DNA of 64,000 nt from an uncultured Nitrososphaerales archaeon (GTDB lineage: Archaea; Thermoproteota; Nitrososphaeria; Nitrososphaerales; Nitrososphaeraceae). This document shows positions 31,730-47,282 of the stretch, piece after piece. The notes under the pieces are model-generated. The model had not been told where the DNA came from, made no database searches, and saw only the letters and a program-made list of their open reading frames with translations. Position 1 is the first letter of the stretch. The number at the start of each line of letters is the position of its first letter. A program made the translations under genes and the position numbers. Where the stretch lies: NCBI GenBank assembly GCA_963841565.1, contig CAWJCY010000012.1, positions 96,001-160,000 of the forward strand, given 5' to 3'.

Positions 31730-32866
31730 TCATTTTCTATGCAGGTCACTCATTGTTAGGTTTTTCTGTAACAATGCGTAGAGGTCTCTCTTATTCAATT
31801 CATTGAACCAATACTGATTGTAATGATTGACGTACAGAAAAAGGAATTCTAAGAACGGTCTAAAACCATATTCATGCGGAAGCATATCTAGAGCGATTCT
31901 TGCCTCGTCCAAGTAGGTTGAGCTTTTTCTCATCGTAAGTTCGAATGCCTTCTGCACGTCTCCAGTGATAATACTATAGTAGAACGGCCAAGATGGAATT
32001 TTTATTGATCCGTTTCTAATTGCATCCTGGATCTCGTTTCCACAACCTACAGCTTCACTGGCCTTTGCCATGCCCAAATGATAGATTTCACCAAGTGGTT
32101 TCCTATCAAGTGCCATATTTCTGGCTGCCGTGCCCATAATAGCTCGATACTTCTTGTAGCAACCCATCATATTCTCATCTGTGACAGACTCAGGCTTCGC
32201 TTTGAGTCTCTGATCGATATACTGTCCTACTCTAGCATCCCTAAAACCTTCTTCAAATGATTTAAGTACAGTGTCTCCACCAACGGAAATCATTTGTCTT
32301 GCAACCTCAAGTATATACGGATTCATTAGCTTATAATCATCAAGATAATCCAAATCCTCATCTTTGTCAATGATTCTGTCCATGGGCTCGCTAAGATCGA
32401 TTGCAATAATGTGTCCATCTATGATTGTAGTTCTAACTTCAGAACTAATACTTTCTTGAAAGAATGCAGCTGCCCCGTCAAACAATGCGTTTAGAACTGG
32501 GAAAGTCATTAAGACAAAATTGGAATTTAGGATGCGCTCGACTCTGTCTGCAAGAATTTCAGGTCTAGAAATTCTCGCCATGACATCTTGTATTTTAGAG
32601 TCGTCTAGAGCCATCTCTGAAGAACCAATTTCTTCTGCGAATTTTCTAAGAGAACCAGACGGATTTTGGTCAGAAATGATTAGCTTGTGTATCGATAACA
32701 AGTATCGTTTGGTAAAGTCCTGAAATTGTTCTTCAGTTTCACGGCTGTATTTACTAAACTGTTTGTATCCCTTTTCTCTCAACAGAGCTTGCTTGATTAT
32801 ATCTCGTCCCGCCCCAGTACTCATTAGGGTGCTTTTCTTGAATAGGAATTCATCTTTACCATTCAT
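31730..32866 (-). CDS. Hypothetical protein with divergent isoprenoid-synthase-like motifs
   Basis: DRIIDKDE, GQYID, KYRAIMG, GNEIQDA, in polyprenyl-synthase order. Confidence 0.75.
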   Translation of the reverse strand: MNGKDEFLFKKSTLMSTGAGRDIIKQALLREKGYKQFSKYSRETEEQFQDFTKRYLLSIHKLIISDQNPSGSLRKFAEEIGSSEMALDDSKIQDVMARISRPEILADRVERILNSNFVLMTFPVLNALFDGAAAFFQESISSEVRTTIIDGHIIAIDLSEPMDRIIDKDEDLDYLDDYKLMNPYILEVARQMISVGGDTVLKSFEEGFRDARVGQYIDQRLKAKPESVTDENMMGCYKKYRAIMGTAARNMALDRKPLGEIYHLGMAKASEAVGCGNEIQDAIRNGSIKIPSWPFYYSIITGDVQKAFELTMRKSSTYLDEARIALDMLPHEYGFRPFLEFLFLYVNHYNQYWFNELNKRDLYALLQKNLTMSDLHRK

Positions 32867-32973
32867 TTATATTGATTTTCACTGGAACCTTGTTATTTAA
32901 GTTTCAGCCTAAACACTAAATCGTACATGCAATCTTGGAAGTTGTTACTTTTCTGAACAAGAGATACAATTGG

Positions 32974-33579
32974 CTATCGTGATGCCATTGCTACTCTTTC
33001 TTGTTCATTTTTCTTTTTTATAGCATGACTGGCCATTTCATTTTCTGAAGCTAAAATAAGTTCTCTCGCAAGAGCTTCTTCTATGGCCTGTGGGTTAGAA
33101 TACGTTGATTCTCTAACCCCCTCAGCTATAAAACGGAGAGCAAGATCAACACGTCTTAGAGGAGCCACGTCAACGGAGACGTGGTAAACTACACCTCCGT
33201 AAACGATTCTCGTAGTATCTTCATTAGGAGATGCATTCTCGACAGCCTTCACAAATACTTCTAACGGATTCTTGCCTGTTTCCAAGTGTATTATCTCAAA
33301 GGCAGTCTTCAACATGTTTAGAGATTTTGCTTTCTTGCCACCCATCCGGCCAGTATTTTTCGCATATCTTTTCCCAAAATGCATTAACTTGTTGGCGAGC
33401 CTTTCCACAATGTTAACCTCCGATTTTTTCAATCTTTGATGTTCGTGTCGTCCAAAGGTGATGGGAATAACAGATGGCTTTAACGATATAACTTTCTGAA
33501 GGCCAATATCGCCGATTTCTATCTTTCTCGCATCCCATTTGTTGAATAAAAGCAAGTTTGCTTGTTCCTTTCCACTCAT
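32974..33579 (-). CDS. rps7: 30S ribosomal protein uS7
   Basis: LFNKW, IVERL, VDVAPLRRVD, ERVAMASR. Confidence 0.97.
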   Translation of the reverse strand: MSGKEQANLLLFNKWDARKIEIGDIGLQKVISLKPSVIPITFGRHEHQRLKKSEVNIVERLANKLMHFGKRYAKNTGRMGGKKAKSLNMLKTAFEIIHLETGKNPLEVFVKAVENASPNEDTTRIVYGGVVYHVSVDVAPLRRVDLALRFIAEGVRESTYSNPQAIEEALARELILASENEMASHAIKKKNEQERVAMASR

Positions 33580-33584
33580 ATCAA

Positions 33585-34022
33585 TTACCTTCGTGGTTTC
33601 TCCTTCCGTCCTAGGACTAACTCATTGAGGGAGACACCGTTTACTTTGAAGACTCTCCATCTCACTCCAGGAATATCACCCATTGCTCCACCCATTGAAC
33701 CTCCAATCCCTTCGAGCATCACCTCATCATGTTCATCTACGAAATTTAAGGCCCCGTCCTTTGGTAAGAATGCTGTGATGGTTTTTCCATTCTTTATCAG
33801 TTGTACTCGAACGCATTTCCTCACAGCGGAGTTCGGTTGTTTTGATTCTATTCCGACTTTTTCAAGAACAATTCCCTTTGCCTGAGGAGCCCCCTCAAGA
33901 GGGTTAGCTTTCTTATCTAACATCAACATTCTCCTCTTGTAATACTTATTCGACCAGCGTGCACGCTTTCTCTTTGTCTTGAGCACACGCCCTGAGAACA
34001 AACCTAACGGTGATTTGGCCAA
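33585..34022 (-). CDS. rps12: 30S ribosomal protein uS12
   Basis: [27 protein letters not shown]. Confidence 0.98.
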   Translation of the reverse strand: MAKSPLGLFSGRVLKTKRKRARWSNKYYKRRMLMLDKKANPLEGAPQAKGIVLEKVGIESKQPNSAVRKCVRVQLIKNGKTITAFLPKDGALNFVDEHDEVMLEGIGGSMGGAMGDIPGVRWRVFKVNGVSLNELVLGRKEKPRR

Positions 34023-34499
34023 CTAATCCATAACCTCGTTTCCGATCATTCTTTCAGATGCACTTGTTATCAGAACATTGGATATTTGAAAGTACCTCTT
34101 TGCCAACAATCTTGCCTTCTCAGCATTCCTTCCTTCCTTCCCTACCACTACGCCTTTTCGCTTTGCGTCCACTAGAACTACTGCTTGCTTAGAGCCGTCT
34201 GTTCTTTGGGTTATTTTTACATCATTTACCATTTGAGGGTTCAGCATATTGCGGACAAAGTCGCTTGCATCTTCAGAGTATTCGACTAGTTCTACTTTTC
34301 TTGCCACAACATTTTGTAGTTGTCGAATAGTGGCACCTCCCTTCCCTATGGCCAGGCCCATCTGACCCTTGTTGAGAATAAAAATAACACGGTCCATCTT
34401 ATCATCAACTACACAATCCCTCGCAGTTACACTCGTGATACTCTGAAATAGAGACATAAGTCGCAATTCATCCGAAGTCAATTTGATTTTTTCCGTCAA
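34023..34499 (-). CDS. nusA: NusA-like transcription factor
   Basis: AIGKGG and VVGKEGRN KH motifs. Confidence 0.95.
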   Translation of the reverse strand: MTEKIKLTSDELRLMSLFQSITSVTARDCVVDDKMDRVIFILNKGQMGLAIGKGGATIRQLQNVVARKVELVEYSEDASDFVRNMLNPQMVNDVKITQRTDGSKQAVVLVDAKRKGVVVGKEGRNAEKARLLAKRYFQISNVLITSASERMIGNEVMD

Positions 34500-35009
34500 A
34501 TCTTAAATCCTCTTATCATCATAAGTACAAAAAGACCATACACGCAATTCGCGAATCATGCATCTGATTCATTATCGCCAATTTAAGTCTTCCATGTAAT
34601 GCAAATGGCTGTACGGGCACCTATCAAGATCAGAATGATATGTGTTTGGATAAGATCCACATGATGAAATCACCAATTTGTAAATTGTATAAGCCATGGT
34701 ACCAGTTTCATGCAATTGAAAGCGTGTGACTAGTTCACTTTTTCAGAGAGAATGTTTCGAATTTCTTCTTCAGTTCCTGTCCGGATGGAGAACACAGATA
34801 TCCTATGGGGCCGATTGCAAGCCCTTCCTAATGTGACCGATGTTCCATGAAATTTAAGCACCGGAACACCAATAGATTTCGCCTGATCTTCAATATTGCC
34901 TCTGTTTCTATCACTAACTGAATCAGATACAAGGATGAGTTTTGATCCTTTGGCAAATTTCATTACCTCCTTAGCACCTTTCTTGTACTTGCCACTCGCT
35001 ACTGCTTCT

Positions 35010-38838
<3,829 letters not shown>

Positions 38839-38851
38839 ATCAAAAATCTCC

Positions 38852-41800
38852 CTAAACTTTGTCCTTCGCCAACAGGCGAGGAGCAACATTCAAACTCATC
38901 ATTTCCTGCAACAACAATTTGAAGGCGTATGCGATTATGACAGACGAGATCTTTGCCTTATCCCCACACACCCTACAAATGTATCTGCGCTGTTTAATGT
39001 CATAATAAGCCAAGAGTCCGCATCGTTCGCACACGTTTATTTCAGCTTTATCTGACTCTTCTAGAAGACGATCCTTGAGCATCATTGAAGCACCATATGC
39101 TATGAGGCAATCTCGTTCCATTTCACCAAACCTTAATCCGCCTCCTCTTGCTCGACCTTCTGTTGGCTGTTTGGTAAGCATTTGTACTTGACCTCGAGCT
39201 CTACTGTGGATCTTATCTGCCACCATATGATGAAGTTTTTGATAATAAACTACACCTACGTAAACATCGGCGGGGAATTTTCTACCAGTTCTACCATCAT
39301 ACATTATTTCTTTTCCCGTAAGTTTGAAACCATAATCTTGCAGCACATCCTTAAGTTGGTCTAATTTTTCTCCTAGGAATGCTGACCCGTCCACAATTCT
39401 ACCCCTTAGTGCAGCTGCTTTACCTCCCAGTGATTCCAAAAACTGACCTACTGTCATACGGGAGGGAAATGCGTGAGGATTGATCATAACATCTGGGACT
39501 ATCCCGTTTTCAGAATAGGGCAGATCTTCCTGACTAACAAGCATACCTACGACACCCTTCTGACCGTGTCTTGATGCAAATTTATCGCCAATTTCAGGAA
39601 TTCGCATATCTCGAACGCGAATCTTAAACATCTTGCCGCCCTCCACAGACTGAGTCATTATGACCGTGTCGACAACCCCATTTTCTGAGGGTCTAACCCC
39701 TATGGAAGTATCCCGCCTGTATGGTCCCTTGACCTCGAATTCCCTATATTCCTCCATGAATCTTGGAGGGGAGGTTCGACCAATCAGAATATCACCACCC
39801 ACAACCACAGCTTCATGCATTATGGCACCATCTTGTTCTAAGAGGCGATATGCCTTTTCTCCTCTGTAGCCGCGTATATTCTCGTCTGATGAAGGTAATT
39901 CGAAATTATCCTTCATACCACCTGGATACTGCTTAGCCTCTGCTTCGTAGACTCTATAGAAGAAGGTCCTCCCAAACCCTCTATCCACCGCAGACTTGTT
40001 AAATACCACAGCATCTTCTATGTTATAACCTTCATAAGGTAGGACTGCCACGATTGCATTCTGCCCAGTTGGTCTATCGTCCAGGCCTAGCAGATTTATC
40101 GCTTTGGTGCTAACCATCGGAGTCTGAGGATAAAGCATTAAATGTTGTCTCACATATGTGCTCGCATTCATTAAAGGGGTTGAAAACCCGAGACTCTGTT
40201 TTGCCATTGCACTCTCATAGGTATTTCGTGGAGATTGATTGTGTTCAGGGTAGGGTATAATGGATGCCCCAACCCCCAAAATGGATGAGGGGAAAACTTC
40301 CAAATGGGTGTGTGAAAGGTCTATAATATCGGTACCAATGTTAACATAACAATTCTCCTCTTCATTGGCGTCAACCAATTCCAAGATGCCTGTGTGCAGA
40401 AGATCAGTCCATGAAAGAAATTTCTTTTGAATCTTTTCTATTATTTCCTCTGTGATCAGTGAGCGACCATCTCTGACTATGATCAACGGTCTAAGCACAC
40501 GGCCAGAATTGCAACTAATATAAAGACGCTTAGTTGCATTATCGTTCAATGAACTGTAGAGATATACACCCACATGAGGATGAATCTTTCCAGATCTCCT
40601 CATTGTTCTCAAAGTGTTAGCTGAGATGGCCGCCGTCCTCCACATAACCAACAAGCTGCCCATCAACAAATACCCTAGCTCCAATTCTCTTCAAGTTCTC
40701 ATTTGCCTCGTCAACATGTTCTACGCCTAATTCAAAGAGCTTTTCAACAATTTCAGCCGAAGAAACACTTACCGATATAATGGCCGATAGAGCCAAATTT
40801 TTGACCAGTCCGCAATTAGATCCTTCTGGTGTCTCGGCAGGACAAATGCGACCAAAATGAGTTGCGTGTAAATCCCTTGCTTCAAAATTAGGCTGACTTC
40901 TGCTAAGAGGAGATTGAATACGCCGTAAATGGCTTACCGTAGACATATAATTTGTCCTATCGAGTAGTTGCGTTACTCCGACCCGACCTCTTCCCCAATT
41001 TCCAGTTGCAATTGCGTTATTCAGCTTATCGGATATTATTCCAGGTCGGACAGCAGCAGCGACAGCGTTAATTCCTCGCTTCTGACCTGATCGTTCGAGT
41101 TGGTACTTCATGTCGCGTATCAAGTTCCGGAAGGCGGTCCGGAATAGATCTGCAAGCATCTGTCCGGCGAACTTTATTACCTTATTACCATAATGATCTT
41201 TGTCGTCTGCATCAATCCAACCAAGTTTAAGTTCGATCAACTTACTGGCCGCCTCACCAAGGAAGAGTGCTTTTTCATGCCGGTTATCAGGGTTCTTTCC
41301 TAAGTGAGGTAAAAGTCCCCAATCAAGAAGGGTTTCTGCTCTCTTGATCTGAAATTCTTCAAGCATACCCGGGGCAATACGTTTGCTGATATAGATTATC
41401 GCATCTCTACTTGTAAGAACATCACTCGATTTTTCGAAGGAGGGTTCAAGCTCGTCTTGTATTAGGGTATTTAATGATACCCCATTTGCTATGTCCTTGT
41501 CGGTTTCCAGTCCCAAAGCTCGTACCAATGTGATTAATGGCACATCTACTGGAGATCCAGGTATCTTCGCTACTACAGATCCATCAGGTCTCATTATTAA
41601 TTCCAGTTTTGCTCTATAGCCAACAATAGAGGAGTATACTTTCGCCTTGTACAGGAGAGTACCGGTCGCTTCTTCCATATCGACTATAATCTTGTTATAT
41701 GAAAGATCTTCCAATCCTACAATGACTCTCTCGGAACCGTTGATGACAAAGTATCCACCTGGATCACGTGGATCCTCAGCCAACTCTATCAACTTGTGTT

Positions 41801-42191
41801 CTGGCATATTATGCAATATGCAAGCGTTAGACTTTACCATTACAGGCATGTCCCCTATGTGAATAAATCTAGATTCCAAGATTTTACCATCTTCTACAAT
41901 GCTACATTCTAACATGATCGGCGAAGCATATGTCAAGTTTCTCAAACGTGCCTCCATAGGCGCTACATGGGTAATCGAGCCGTCAAGTTCCATAATTCTA
42001 GGCTGCTGCAGCTTTATCTTTCCAAGCTTTATCTTGTAAGGATATTCGGAAGTCTCTATCTCGATTTCTGCAACTTCATCGATAATACTTTGAATCCCTT
42101 TCTCCATGAATTCATTGTAGGAATTCAAATGTTGCCTTGCCACTCCTTCCTTTCTCAAAATGTCATTAATAATGGGCCACAAAACGAACAA
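38852..42191 (-). CDS. rpoB: RNA polymerase subunit B, one-base insertion near 40623
   Basis: ETPEG, GDKFASRHGQKG, GGLRFGEME; EDGGHL/ANTLR rejoins the two ORFs. Confidence 0.97.
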
Positions 42192-42209
42192 CCACCACCT
42201 AAATTATTC

Positions 42210-42461
42210 CTATCCCTCTACCACATACCGGTAATATACACTTTCACCCGAAGTAGCACTTTTGCGGGTAATTTTTATGATATCTCCAGGCCTAACGTCA
42301 AGATCCTGCAAACCTTTATCGCTTAACATTATGTACGGGAGTTGGCTAGGTTTAGCGTTGTATTGTTTCAGGACAGCGCTGGCTTCGGGTCTAGGCAGAA
42401 TCTCATGCTTGGGTTGATACATATGATCAGTTATCTTGACTAGCTTCTTCTCAGCTGACAA
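42210..42461 (-). CDS. rpoH: RNA polymerase subunit H (Rpo5)
   Basis: H..QPKHEI, QLPYI..SD, RKSATSG..YYR. Confidence 0.96.
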   Translation of the reverse strand: MSAEKKLVKITDHMYQPKHEILPRPEASAVLKQYNAKPSQLPYIMLSDKGLQDLDVRPGDIIKITRKSATSGESVYYRYVVEG

Positions 42462-42712
42462 ATCCTCAACTACCTCCCGTACCCAGTAAATGTATATGGG
42501 GATATAAGATGAAATACAAATTCTGATACACCTACCTCCTTTCTCAATATATAGGTATATCTTTATCTGGTCTGAAAAATTCTACATCAGATATTGAATA
42601 AATTCCCAGATTTTCAAGTTGGGTCCAGTTTCAATTCGTTCGTTCAGACCTCCACTTTTTTCAGCAGTACTATTAAACCGAGAATAGCTACCATTTAACT
42701 CGAACGCCGGGA

Positions 42713-43828
42713 CTAATCGACTAAAGAGAGAATATCTGCACCGGAGATTACGAGCATTTTTTGAGATCTTCCGAACTTTGACAAGGCCCTAAGGTAACAC
42801 TCCCTAGTGGACTTAAAAGGTATGAGTCCCAGCTTTAATAGATAATATTCAGGCAAAGTTGATATTATTCCTAAATCATAATTTTTGGTTAACTCCTGTA
42901 GGAACAAAATATGTTCTAGGCCTTCCAAATATTGACGTTTCTCTTCCAAATATTTCTGCATATCCAACCTTTCTTGGACATACAATTCTAAAGCCTCACA
43001 ACCTAGGCCCATACTATTTTCTGAGAGCAGAGCGACTAGTCCGCCCTCTTTAACCAATTCTATTACGTTCCAGAGAGAGTTTAGAGACGAACATAAAGTA
43101 AGATGTGATTCGAGGTCGTCACTAGGACTAATTAATGTAGTTTGGCACTTTACTATACCAGTTTTCCGACCAAGATCTAATGAGCGAGTGGCACTTTCAA
43201 ATGACTGAGAAATGGATCCATGGTGCAAGCTAAGGATTTTTGGACTTCCAACTACTTCGATCGAAGTAGCATTCAGGTTGTCGGCCATTCGCAATGCAAT
43301 TTCTAGTGGTGGAGGTTTCTTGCGAGGGTTTGGTAGGTTATTTGATCGTGAGTAAAACGCTTCGCTCATTTCTGATGGAAAGAATTGTCGAAGAAACAAG
43401 GTCGGGGTCCCGCCGTAACCGAACAATGGATCATATCTCACTTGGGAAATTAAAAGAACATTCTTGTACTTGCTTAGTAAAGAAGATAGTGAAGAATACG
43501 TTACCCCATATACAGGATAGGACTGTTTTCGCAATGCATTCTTTAGTGGTTTTATAAGATTCGTTCGAGATGCAAAAGCAACGCAAGCATGGTTTTTTAG
43601 GACGGCTCTTTGAGAGATGTGGTCTACCAAATCCAAGACCGCTTGTGAAACTGACAAAACAATTATGATCGTGTTATCAGTTATGTCCATATTGGACAGT
43701 TCATCCTCTACCTGTTGTGCTGCCAAGTAACCTGTAGATGGAGTTGGATAAATGTGAGCTAGTAAATTTTCGTACTTTATGTCCACTACTACAGAAGTTT
43801 GGCCGTACTTTAGCCACAGCTCAGGCAT
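42713..43828 (-). CDS. Divergent LarA / lactate-racemase-fold protein (DUF2088-like)
   Basis: LKYG N-terminus, DPLFGYGG, VKEGGLVALLSE..MGLG. Confidence 0.7.
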   Translation of the reverse strand: MPELWLKYGQTSVVVDIKYENLLAHIYPTPSTGYLAAQQVEDELSNMDITDNTIIIVLSVSQAVLDLVDHISQRAVLKNHACVAFASRTNLIKPLKNALRKQSYPVYGVTYSSLSSLLSKYKNVLLISQVRYDPLFGYGGTPTLFLRQFFPSEMSEAFYSRSNNLPNPRKKPPPLEIALRMADNLNATSIEVVGSPKILSLHHGSISQSFESATRSLDLGRKTGIVKCQTTLISPSDDLESHLTLCSSLNSLWNVIELVKEGGLVALLSENSMGLGCEALELYVQERLDMQKYLEEKRQYLEGLEHILFLQELTKNYDLGIISTLPEYYLLKLGLIPFKSTRECYLRALSKFGRSQKMLVISGADILSLVD

Positions 43829-43912
43829 GCAGTATCATCGCCACCTGATAGATCGAATCCGAACCCAAATTAGTTAAGAGGTATTTATTCAAAGGAAAGG
43901 CTTTTGCACCTG

Positions 43913-44172
43913 ATGAAACAATTTTTTGAAATGCCAGAGAATCCAGATACGATTCTAGGTAATGCATTAATAATAGTGATCTAGGCAATGACCGCACATT
44001 TTTTATTAACATACTCGATTCTAAATTTTCACCGTCCCTATTAACATATGTCAATGTTTGGAACCAATACGGTGCATTGATCTATCTAGAAGCAATTCAG
44101 TTAAAAGGTTATGAAGGAAAAGTTACACTGCAACAGATTGATCAATTTCTAGAGAAGACTGACAATAGGTAA
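43913..44172 (+). CDS. Possible small hypothetical protein with a frameshift near 43978
   Basis: MKQFFEMPENPDTILGNALII/DLGNDRTFF...FLEKTDNR*; TTTATT upstream. Confidence 0.3.
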
Positions 44173-44324
44173 TCAAAAAATCAGACGAGTGAGATCGTAG
44201 TTGCAGAATGTTTATTCGAATTTCAATTAGCGTCAGTGGATAAGAGATGCTTCTATACTTTCGATGGATGCATTAGTTACGGTCTATTTTTGAATGCCAA
44301 ATGCCTGATTAATATCGAGAGTAT

Positions 44325-44889
44325 TCACCCTTCGTAGATCATTAGATTCTTTTCTTCCAAGAGATTGTGGAGATTATGCACAGCTCTGTATACCTCAGTT
44401 TCTTTCTTTGCTCCTGTGCAAACTAGTTTTCCAGAAGCGAATAATAAGATCACTGTCTTAGGATCTAGCATTCGATGAATGAGTCCTGGAAATTGTTCAG
44501 GCTCATACATGCTCCTGGGGAGTACCTCTAGCCGCTAATTCGAGATGAATTTTTCCACCCAAACTTGCCGAAGCAACGATATTCTGTATTTCAATAATAG
44601 GTTCATGCTCGATAGAAATGCCTCCTTTTTTCAATTTTTGGACTACATTTTTTACTGCTTTAATGGCTTGGTCTTCAGATTTAGCTCCGGTACATACCAT
44701 CTTTCCTGAACTAAAGATCAGAGTGGCAGTCTTAGGTGATTTCAGTCTAAAAACTAACCCCGGGAACTGATCGGGATGATATTCCACGTCTGGAAAAATC
44801 TGGGTAATCAAATTGAGATTTACTGTTTGGTTGACAGTGGCTGACGCTACTACGTTCTCTATGCTAACTATTGGTTTAGTCTGAGGCAT
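44325..44889 (-). CDS. tbp: TATA-box binding protein, one-base insertion near 44526
   Basis: Two NxVASA...PxQFPGL...F.SGK.VCTGAK repeats; [14 protein letters not shown]. Confidence 0.96.
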
Positions 44890-45197
44890 ACCCTATTCAG
44901 CCTTTATAAAGGAGAACTATATATACTGTTTACATTGACATTTCATCAAATTTTGGTGAATAATGGCTGAATCAGTTACCAGAAAATTGGAAGCATGATG
45001 CAAGGATAATAATGAACCTTAGCTTGAGGAGTTTGAAATTAAAAAGTAACTTATTTATTTGAAGTAGGGCAGATCTCCACCTGAGAATAACTAGTCCGTA
45101 GCAATTAATTATTCGATTAAAGTATACATTCTTCCTCTTTACTACGTTACCCGAATAGAATCAGACGTAATAACAATGGACTACAATTTTCTCAAAA

Positions 45198-46145
45198 TCA
45201 GTAGATTAGACTCGAACTCAAATTGAGTAGACTTTTTTTTGACAAGTAATATGGTTTGTTTATTTTCAATTTTTCCGCTATTGTAAGACCAATGATTTGA
45301 ATAACGAATATCGAAAATAGAATGTTTTCAAAAAGAGATAGTCCTAAATGTGGCTGAAAATAATAGGCCAGAGCATGGGTCTTTTTCAATTTGTTGTGAA
45401 AATTCGCTGACATAGAGTTTTTTACCTTTTCATGGTCGAGAACGAAGACGCAGTCTGGCTTTTTCAAGCTAAATATAGGTGCATGATAGTAATCATCTAG
45501 TAGATATCCAAACGACCTAAATCCAAAAAGCTCATGCATTTTAAGTGCTCCGTAGTTGGCGAGTGGATATGATATGCCGTCTCCCAGGAATAGGATCGAC
45601 TTGAATCCTGATGGCAAGTCGAGACCATATTGACTGACCTGTTCGATAGCATCTTTCATTATCCTTTCCAAGATGTTCAAGTTGATATTAATTCCTATCA
45701 ACGCCATACAGGATATCACCGTGGCAGTGAATTCCAAAATACTAGTGTTTGACGATTGGGGATTATGCAAGTAATCCAGACTGAGTGTTTCATTACATAC
45801 CTCTTCCAGAGGACTTTTAGACTTGGTAGTAACAGCGGTAGTTTTAGCCCCAAATTTTCGAGCTATCTTGGCAGCCTCAATATTTGAACGAGTTCTACCA
45901 GAAGCTGATATGAAGAAAATTTCATGGTCCGATAGTACTTGTGGACAATTAAGTATATCTGTAGGATGATAGGCAAGCATTCTATGGTCTGATAGATATT
46001 CCATTAATAGAGCACAGGTATAGGAGTCACCCGAACCAACGAATAGCCCGCTCCTAGTACCCATGGACTTTGGAAGTCGGAGTCCTTGGAGATACTTTAC
46101 TTGAGAATATATATCTCTCCTAAACTGTCTAACCCAGCCTGACAT
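45198..46145 (-). CDS. SIS-domain sugar isomerase-like protein
   Basis: FVGSGDSY, ISASGRT, GALKMHE, HAP. Confidence 0.85.
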   Translation of the reverse strand: MSGWVRQFRRDIYSQVKYLQGLRLPKSMGTRSGLFVGSGDSYTCALLMEYLSDHRMLAYHPTDILNCPQVLSDHEIFFISASGRTRSNIEAAKIARKFGAKTTAVTTKSKSPLEEVCNETLSLDYLHNPQSSNTSILEFTATVISCMALIGININLNILERIMKDAIEQVSQYGLDLPSGFKSILFLGDGISYPLANYGALKMHELFGFRSFGYLLDDYYHAPIFSLKKPDCVFVLDHEKVKNSMSANFHNKLKKTHALAYYFQPHLGLSLFENILFSIFVIQIIGLTIAEKLKINKPYYLSKKSLLNLSSSLIY

Positions 46146-46229
46146 GGTCAGATGTAGTCACCAGGTCCAAGAGATTAATAGATTCCATGATATTTGGGAA
46201 CTTAAGATAAATGATCGCGCCTTAGCGCT

Positions 46230-46499
46230 CTAATACTCTTCTTCGAATTCTTCCTCGCCTTCTTCTTCAATGTCCTCGACGTCTTCATCAAGCTCTTCTC
46301 TCTCTTCCGCACTCTTATACGGCAGGTCTGTTTCACCAGCTGTGCCGCAGACAGGACATTTGAATTCGATTGTCTGACCTTCCAAGTCTAGCAGGAAATC
46401 CTTTGAGAAAACTTGGTCGCAATTAGAACAAACCAAAGTGGTTTGAATATTATCCTGACTGAACTTATGAGATTGGACTCGAAAAATAGTGCCTGCCAT
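46230..46499 (-). CDS. Zinc-ribbon protein with acidic tail
   Basis: CSNC...CPVCG, E/D-rich C-terminus. Confidence 0.8.
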   Translation of the reverse strand: MAGTIFRVQSHKFSQDNIQTTLVCSNCDQVFSKDFLLDLEGQTIEFKCPVCGTAGETDLPYKSAEEREELDEDVEDIEEEGEEEFEEEY

Positions 46500-46574
46500 T
46501 CTTCTTACCTATAGAAAATACCCTTTTTTATAAGCCTTTGTGATAATTTGAAAAAATTTACCGTTCTTTCATCT

Positions 46575-47189
46575 TTAGAAAGATCTTAAACCTGGTTTCG
46601 AATTAGAAATGAGTGCGAGAATATTTTCTCTAAGCTCCTTTTGCTCCATCAGACCTCGGTGTGCCATCGTGACAACAACGCTGTGATTTCTGACTCCTCT
46701 CATTTTCATGCACAAGTGCTCGCCCTCAGCTATGACGACGACCCCTCTAACCCCCATTTTAGTTATTTCGTCAGCTATCTGTTTTGTTAACCTCTCTTGT
46801 ATTTGCATCCTACGCGAATACTTCTCTACGAGACGGGTTAGTTTGGATATTCCAAATACCTTGCCTTCAGGTAAATATGCAATGTGAACCTTGCCATAAA
46901 AGGGGAGCATATGATGCTCACACATACTATAAAACTGGATGTCTTTGGCAATTATAGCATCGGTTTCCTCAGAGAAACTCACATCGAGTCCTGAACTCAT
47001 TGTGTAACCTGCAAATATCTCTTCAAATGCTTCTGCCATCCTTCTTGGCGTTCCGATTAGGCCTTCCCTGTCAGGATTTTCACCCAATTCTATCAATAGA
47101 TTTCTTAGAATCTTTTCAATTTTCTTTTTGTTTAGGGTTCTTCCCTTCTCCTTTTCATGTAACAATATCTTACTATAGGACTCCATCAC
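46575..47189 (-). CDS. folE: GTP cyclohydrolase I
   Basis: REGL..TP.R, SMCEHH, QERLT, HLCMKMRG. Confidence 0.95.
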   Translation of the reverse strand: MMESYSKILLHEKEKGRTLNKKKIEKILRNLLIELGENPDREGLIGTPRRMAEAFEEIFAGYTMSSGLDVSFSEETDAIIAKDIQFYSMCEHHMLPFYGKVHIAYLPEGKVFGISKLTRLVEKYSRRMQIQERLTKQIADEITKMGVRGVVVIAEGEHLCMKMRGVRNHSVVVTMAHRGLMEQKELRENILALISNSKPGLRSF

Positions 47190-47282
47190 CAGTACACATT
47201 TGTTCAGATATTATTCTTACTCTCTTGATGGAAAAACTTAATCCCCAAAACAAGGGGAAAACACAAGCTAAGGAAGTCTAGC

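Noticed and set aside
32875-32889. ORB-like GTTCCAGTGAAAAT on the minus strand
   Set aside because: Single copy, no cdc6/orc1 gene or G-string nearby
40617-40684. rpoB apparently split into B'' and B'
   Set aside because: Break is a single extra base mid-domain and the second ORF's N-terminus is out-of-frame junk; same pattern as the other insertions
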